From NCBI GenBank assembly GCA_963675295.2, contig CAXXKJ010000002.1, positions 3,424,001 to 3,488,000 on the forward strand: a DNA stretch of 64,000 nucleotides, in the 5' to 3' direction. A program made the position numbers and the translations under genes. Origin of the DNA: a bacterium (lineage in GTDB: Bacteria > Electryoneota > Electryoneia > Electryoneales > Electryoneaceae). How positions within the stretch are numbered: position 1 is the first letter of the stretch; every line of letters starts with the position of its first letter. This document shows positions 60,584-64,000 of this stretch, piece after piece. The notes below the pieces were generated by a model. It saw nothing but the letters and a program-made list of their open reading frames with translations, had not been told where the DNA came from and searched no databases.

Positions 60584-61957
60584 ATGGTGAGGAAAACGGT
60601 AATTATATGCCTTGTTGTATTGACGCAGCTTGCCTGGTCGCAGAGTAATCCGCCGATTAATCTCCGTACGCATGTGCAACCCGGTGGTATTGTTACACTG
60701 AACTGGGATGAACCCTTCGATGGACTGTACGAAGATTTCGAGGACAGCATTGCGCAGGATTTCGAGTGGTTGACCCCCGGTGGCGGCAGTCTTGTCATTG
60801 AGAATGGTTACGCGGAACTGGAAGCTGGTATCGGGTTGGGTAACTGGGCATCTGGCGCATACATGCCAGCGGATTGTGCAGATTTGACCTGTGAGATCGA
60901 GTTGGAAAATGTACTCTGGGGTGCATCAAAGGGATTGCTGTTCCGTGGTGACGGCCCCAGAGACGATGATTTCAATGGTTACGGTTTTCTATTAGGAGGT
61001 TACCCTGGTATTCCGAAATTTCTCGTTGGAGTCTGGATTGACGGTAGCCCTTGGCATTTGATCTATTGGACAGATTCAGATGCGATCAATGACGGTCAGG
61101 GAGCAACGAATGTCTTGAAGGTCGTGGCGCAGGAATCAACGGCCGAATTTTACATCAATGACGTCTTAGTCGATACGGAGGAAGACCTTTACTTCACCAA
61201 TGGAAAGGTCGGTTTCATGCAGGCGGAAGCCGAGATTGTCCGCTACAACTGGATCACTTGCGCCGATACTGCCGCGCTGTTGGAGCGAAACGCTGAGATC
61301 GAGCGTAGCGAACCTGTGAACGAATGGCTGGATATCTCCGGTCAGCCAACCAATCAATCACCGGAATCATGGAGTTTCCAGAACAGAAAAGGAGAGATCC
61401 TTAGCTCCGCTCAGGCTGACAAAAGGTGGGACAACAATAGCCACGATCTGGACGAGTTCGTCGAATACCGCGTCTACCGGGACGAAATCCTTATTGGCAC
61501 GTCCACGACCGGAGAATACATTGACCAGCTCGACAATTACGGCGAATCTGAGTACCGTGTATCGGCGTATTTCGATCCCGAAGGCGAATCGCACCTCTCG
61601 GTCCCAGCGACGGCTCACTGGAACACACTTACGTTCACGCTGACACCGCAGTTCACGATGATCCCCGGCGATGGCGGCGAAGTTCTTTATGATGCGCAGT
61701 TGTTCAGTGAGCTGGACCTGTTGGTGCCGAACGTCTCCTACCAGACCTTCATTACCGATCCAGATGGTGTCGCTCACGGCCCCGCGATCTATCGTCACTT
61801 CACATTGCGGCCATTTGCCAACCACTGTTTCACCGGTTTGTCGCAGCCGATCCCAGATGATGCACAGGTTGGCCACTATGTTTTCACGGGCAAACTGTTC
61901 CATCGCGGAAACGTTGTTCTCGAGCAGTCGTTCCCGTTTACTAAGATGGGGCCGTAG
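60584..61957 (+). CDS. Secreted protein: split FN3-like domain with inserted lectin/DUF1080-like module plus unnamed C-terminal domain
   Basis: PPINL..VTLNWDEP ... YRVYRD..Y.VSAYF..GES; FYIND..GKVGF; ends SFPFTKMGP. Confidence 0.75.
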   Translation: MVRKTVIICLVVLTQLAWSQSNPPINLRTHVQPGGIVTLNWDEPFDGLYEDFEDSIAQDFEWLTPGGGSLVIENGYAELEAGIGLGNWASGAYMPADCADLTCEIELENVLWGASKGLLFRGDGPRDDDFNGYGFLLGGYPGIPKFLVGVWIDGSPWHLIYWTDSDAINDGQGATNVLKVVAQESTAEFYINDVLVDTEEDLYFTNGKVGFMQAEAEIVRYNWITCADTAALLERNAEIERSEPVNEWLDISGQPTNQSPESWSFQNRKGEILSSAQADKRWDNNSHDLDEFVEYRVYRDEILIGTSTTGEYIDQLDNYGESEYRVSAYFDPEGESHLSVPATAHWNTLTFTLTPQFTMIPGDGGEVLYDAQLFSELDLLVPNVSYQTFITDPDGVAHGPAIYRHFTLRPFANHCFTGLSQPIPDDAQVGHYVFTGKLFHRGNVVLEQSFPFTKMGP

Positions 61958-62104
61958 GACAGTATAGTAGCGACAAAATATTGTAGCCCGGTACGTAGTG
62001 TGCCGGACTGTTTTTTTGGTCTACGAATGGTCGGACTTGTGCGTGTAATGTGACTGTTGTATGCTGGGGCACTGTACACACACGCAAATCACAGGTAGAT
62101 AACT

Positions 62105-63277
62105 ATGATGCGAACCACCCTCACGACGAAGCGAACGATCCTCATGACGCTGCGATTTTTCCTATTGGTAGGATTGGTTCTCCTCCCCGTCCTAACCGCC
62201 GCGCAGGTGGAACAGGACTTCCCGTTGGGGAATTCCGGCGAAACGATCACCATGGTGTATGTCGAGCCGGGCTCGTTCATGATGGGCGCGCAGCCGGACG
62301 ATCCGAACGCGCAGGACGACGAACATCCGCAGCATCCGGTGACGTTGACGCGTGGCTACTGGATCGGCAAGTACGAGCTGACGCAGGCGCAGTGGACGGC
62401 GGTGATGGGCGACTGGCCATACTGGTTCCCGGGGGAGAATCACCCCGCCGAAATGATGTCATGGAACGACATTCACGACTCGTTCCTGCCGGCGTTGAAC
62501 GAAGGGCTGGACGCTCCGCAGTGGCGTCTGCCGACGGAGGCGGAATGGGTGTATGCGGCGTGCGCCGGGCGTGACAGCACGCGGTTCTGGTGGGGCGACG
62601 ACTGGGACTTCGAGCAGCTTGGAAATTACGCGTGGTACTGGGACAACAACACGCCGCACGGCACGAAGCCGGTCGGATTGAAGGAGCCGAACCCGTGGGG
62701 GCTGTACGACACGGCGGGGAATGTGTGGGAGTTTGTCGCCGACTGGTACCGGCCGGATTATTACGCCAACAGCCCGGAAATCGATCCGCCGGGACCGTTC
62801 AACGGGCGTGTGCATCCGATCCGTGGCGGGGCGTGGCGCTCACCAGTGCAGAACATCCGCACGGCCGACCGTGGCACCCGCATCCCGCACCAGATCCGCT
62901 ATTGTACCGGCCTGAGGCTGGTGTATGACCCGGAAGCACAGCCCGCGGATTTCGTGCTCGAGATGACACCGGCGAACCTGAGCGTGCCGTCCACGGGCGG
63001 GCCGCTGGAATTCGCGGTCACGTTGACCAACAACACCGCGCAGGCGCAGCAGGTGATCGGCTGGACCGAGGCGATCTCGCAACAGGGTGTGCAATTCTAC
63101 CCGCTGCTGCAACGGTCGCTGAATTTGCAGCCGGGGAGCGTGACGTTCACCGGGCTGGTGCAGGACATTCCGCCCAACGCGCCGGCGGGATCGTGGACGT
63201 TTGTCGCGCGGCTTAGCATCCAGTCGCTGCCGAACGTGCAGGCGTGGGATAGCTACGAGTTTCAGAAGGAAGAGTGA
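62105..63277 (+). CDS. Secreted SUMF1/FGE-sulfatase-family protein plus unnamed C-terminal domain (start may be 62144)
   Basis: PGSFMMG, GKYELTQAQW, RLPTEAEW, PNPWGLYDTAGNVWE, RGGAW..GLRLV. Confidence 0.92.
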   Translation: MMRTTLTTKRTILMTLRFFLLVGLVLLPVLTAAQVEQDFPLGNSGETITMVYVEPGSFMMGAQPDDPNAQDDEHPQHPVTLTRGYWIGKYELTQAQWTAVMGDWPYWFPGENHPAEMMSWNDIHDSFLPALNEGLDAPQWRLPTEAEWVYAACAGRDSTRFWWGDDWDFEQLGNYAWYWDNNTPHGTKPVGLKEPNPWGLYDTAGNVWEFVADWYRPDYYANSPEIDPPGPFNGRVHPIRGGAWRSPVQNIRTADRGTRIPHQIRYCTGLRLVYDPEAQPADFVLEMTPANLSVPSTGGPLEFAVTLTNNTAQAQQVIGWTEAISQQGVQFYPLLQRSLNLQPGSVTFTGLVQDIPPNAPAGSWTFVARLSIQSLPNVQAWDSYEFQKEE

Positions 63278-63279
63278 AA

Positions 63280-63417
63280 GGTCAGTGGTCAGTTCTCAGT
63301 GGTCAGTGGTCAGTGGTCAGGTCGGTAAATCAGAAAACCAGTTGGCCCGGGTCATCTCGTGATTCGGGTTTCATGTCTCTGTAATCAGAAACCCAAGGCT
63401 GAAGCCCCGGGCCACCC
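63280..63417. repeat. Heptamer array (GGTCAGT x6) plus palindromic GGCCCGGG-ended element
   Basis: ggtcagt ggtcagt tctcagt ggtcagt ggtcagt ggtcagg; gttggcccggg..cccgggccacc. Confidence 0.85.
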
Positions 63418-63425
63418 CTCAAAAA

Positions 63426-63998
63426 CTATTTCAACAGTGTCACGCGTTTTGTTCGCGTCTGGCCGTTCGCCTCGGCGTGGATGAAGTAGCTGCCGCTGGG
63501 CAGTGTGCTGGCGTTCACGCGCAGGGATTGGCGTCCGGCTGGAACCGGTGAGTCAGCCAACCGCAGCACCCGGCGTCCGAGAATGTCGTAGAGGTCAACA
63601 CGCAACAGTCCGGCGGCGGGCATGGTGACTGAGATGCGCGCGTTGGCGTTGAACGGATTCGGCCAGACCGGGCTCAGGGTGAATCGGCTGGGGATATTGT
63701 GCGATGCAGCTTGGTACGACGGGTCTTCAACACTGACTGTCGTGGGCATGTCGAAAATGCGGAATTGTTTGTCCACATTGTAGATCACGTCGTCGCCGGG
63801 TAAAACACCCCTGGAATGGGAGTGAGTTGACTGCGCGATGACCTCAGGCTGGGCCGGATCCTGCGTCAGATCCAAGACGTACAAACCGTTACCACCATAG
63901 TACCAACACGCATACAAATAGCCCCAACGAGCGGCAATTTGATAGGGAACTCCCCCATAAAGATCTGCGAAGCTGAATGTTCCATCCTGAACAATGTT
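63426..63998 (-). CDS. T9SS CTD-bearing protein with LVIVD-like repeats; 5' end outside the window
   Basis: Frame is open to the window end; GLYVLD; WPNPFNA..YDILGRRV..LPSGSYF..KRVTLLK. Confidence 0.85.
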   Translation of the reverse strand, partial: NIVQDGTFSFADLYGGVPYQIAARWGYLYACWYYGGNGLYVLDLTQDPAQPEVIAQSTHSHSRGVLPGDDVIYNVDKQFRIFDMPTTVSVEDPSYQAASHNIPSRFTLSPVWPNPFNANARISVTMPAAGLLRVDLYDILGRRVLRLADSPVPAGRQSLRVNASTLPSGSYFIHAEANGQTRTKRVTLLK

Positions 63999-64000
63999 GA

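Noticed and set aside
62105-62940. FGE-sulfatase (CLec-fold) gene as a diversity-generating retroelement target
   Set aside because: No reverse transcriptase, Avd or adenine-variant template repeat of the RGGAW..GLRLV region is visible in the window. A remote DGR cannot be excluded.
57700-63420. Integron cassette array
   Set aside because: Genes are in mixed orientation, some have their own promoters, and there is no attC-like GTTRRRY/RYYYAAC structure or integrase.

Overview
A GC-rich bacterial chromosomal segment, roughly 60% GC by eye. The PorV/PorQ-type gene and the proteins ending in 'YPNPFNP...KVMLVR' T9SS-type C-terminal domains point to an FCB-related lineage such as Electryoneota, KSB1 or Calditrichota; this is inference. 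The backbone is housekeeping: selA, nfeD, comEC, der, priA, an ECF sigma module, hppD-hmgA, engB, an OPT transporter, trpS, scpA/B, fbp, hemC, a siroheme-synthesis gene and tRNA-Gly(CCC). Accessory content includes two hicBA pairs, an IS1182-family element, a lower-GC two-component/PepSY islet with a frameshifted kinase, and many secreted or outer-membrane proteins. Most notable: (1) an archaeal-type GatD amidotransferase in a bacterium; (2) a ~100-aa domain I cannot name, shared by four unrelated secreted proteins, C-terminal in three and placed before a T9SS CTD in one; (3) at least 12 loci of sequence-diverse but strictly 7-bp-periodic tandem arrays, two with the same module order just before a start codon; (4) several REP-like hairpin families with compensatory changes; (5) an IS that duplicated an entire 32-bp terminator; (6) a perfect sigma70 promoter overlapped by a GAAC-N4-GTTC box in front of an orphan ORF. 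No CRISPR array, rRNA or reverse transcriptase was seen. All calls are by-eye recognition with no database searches.
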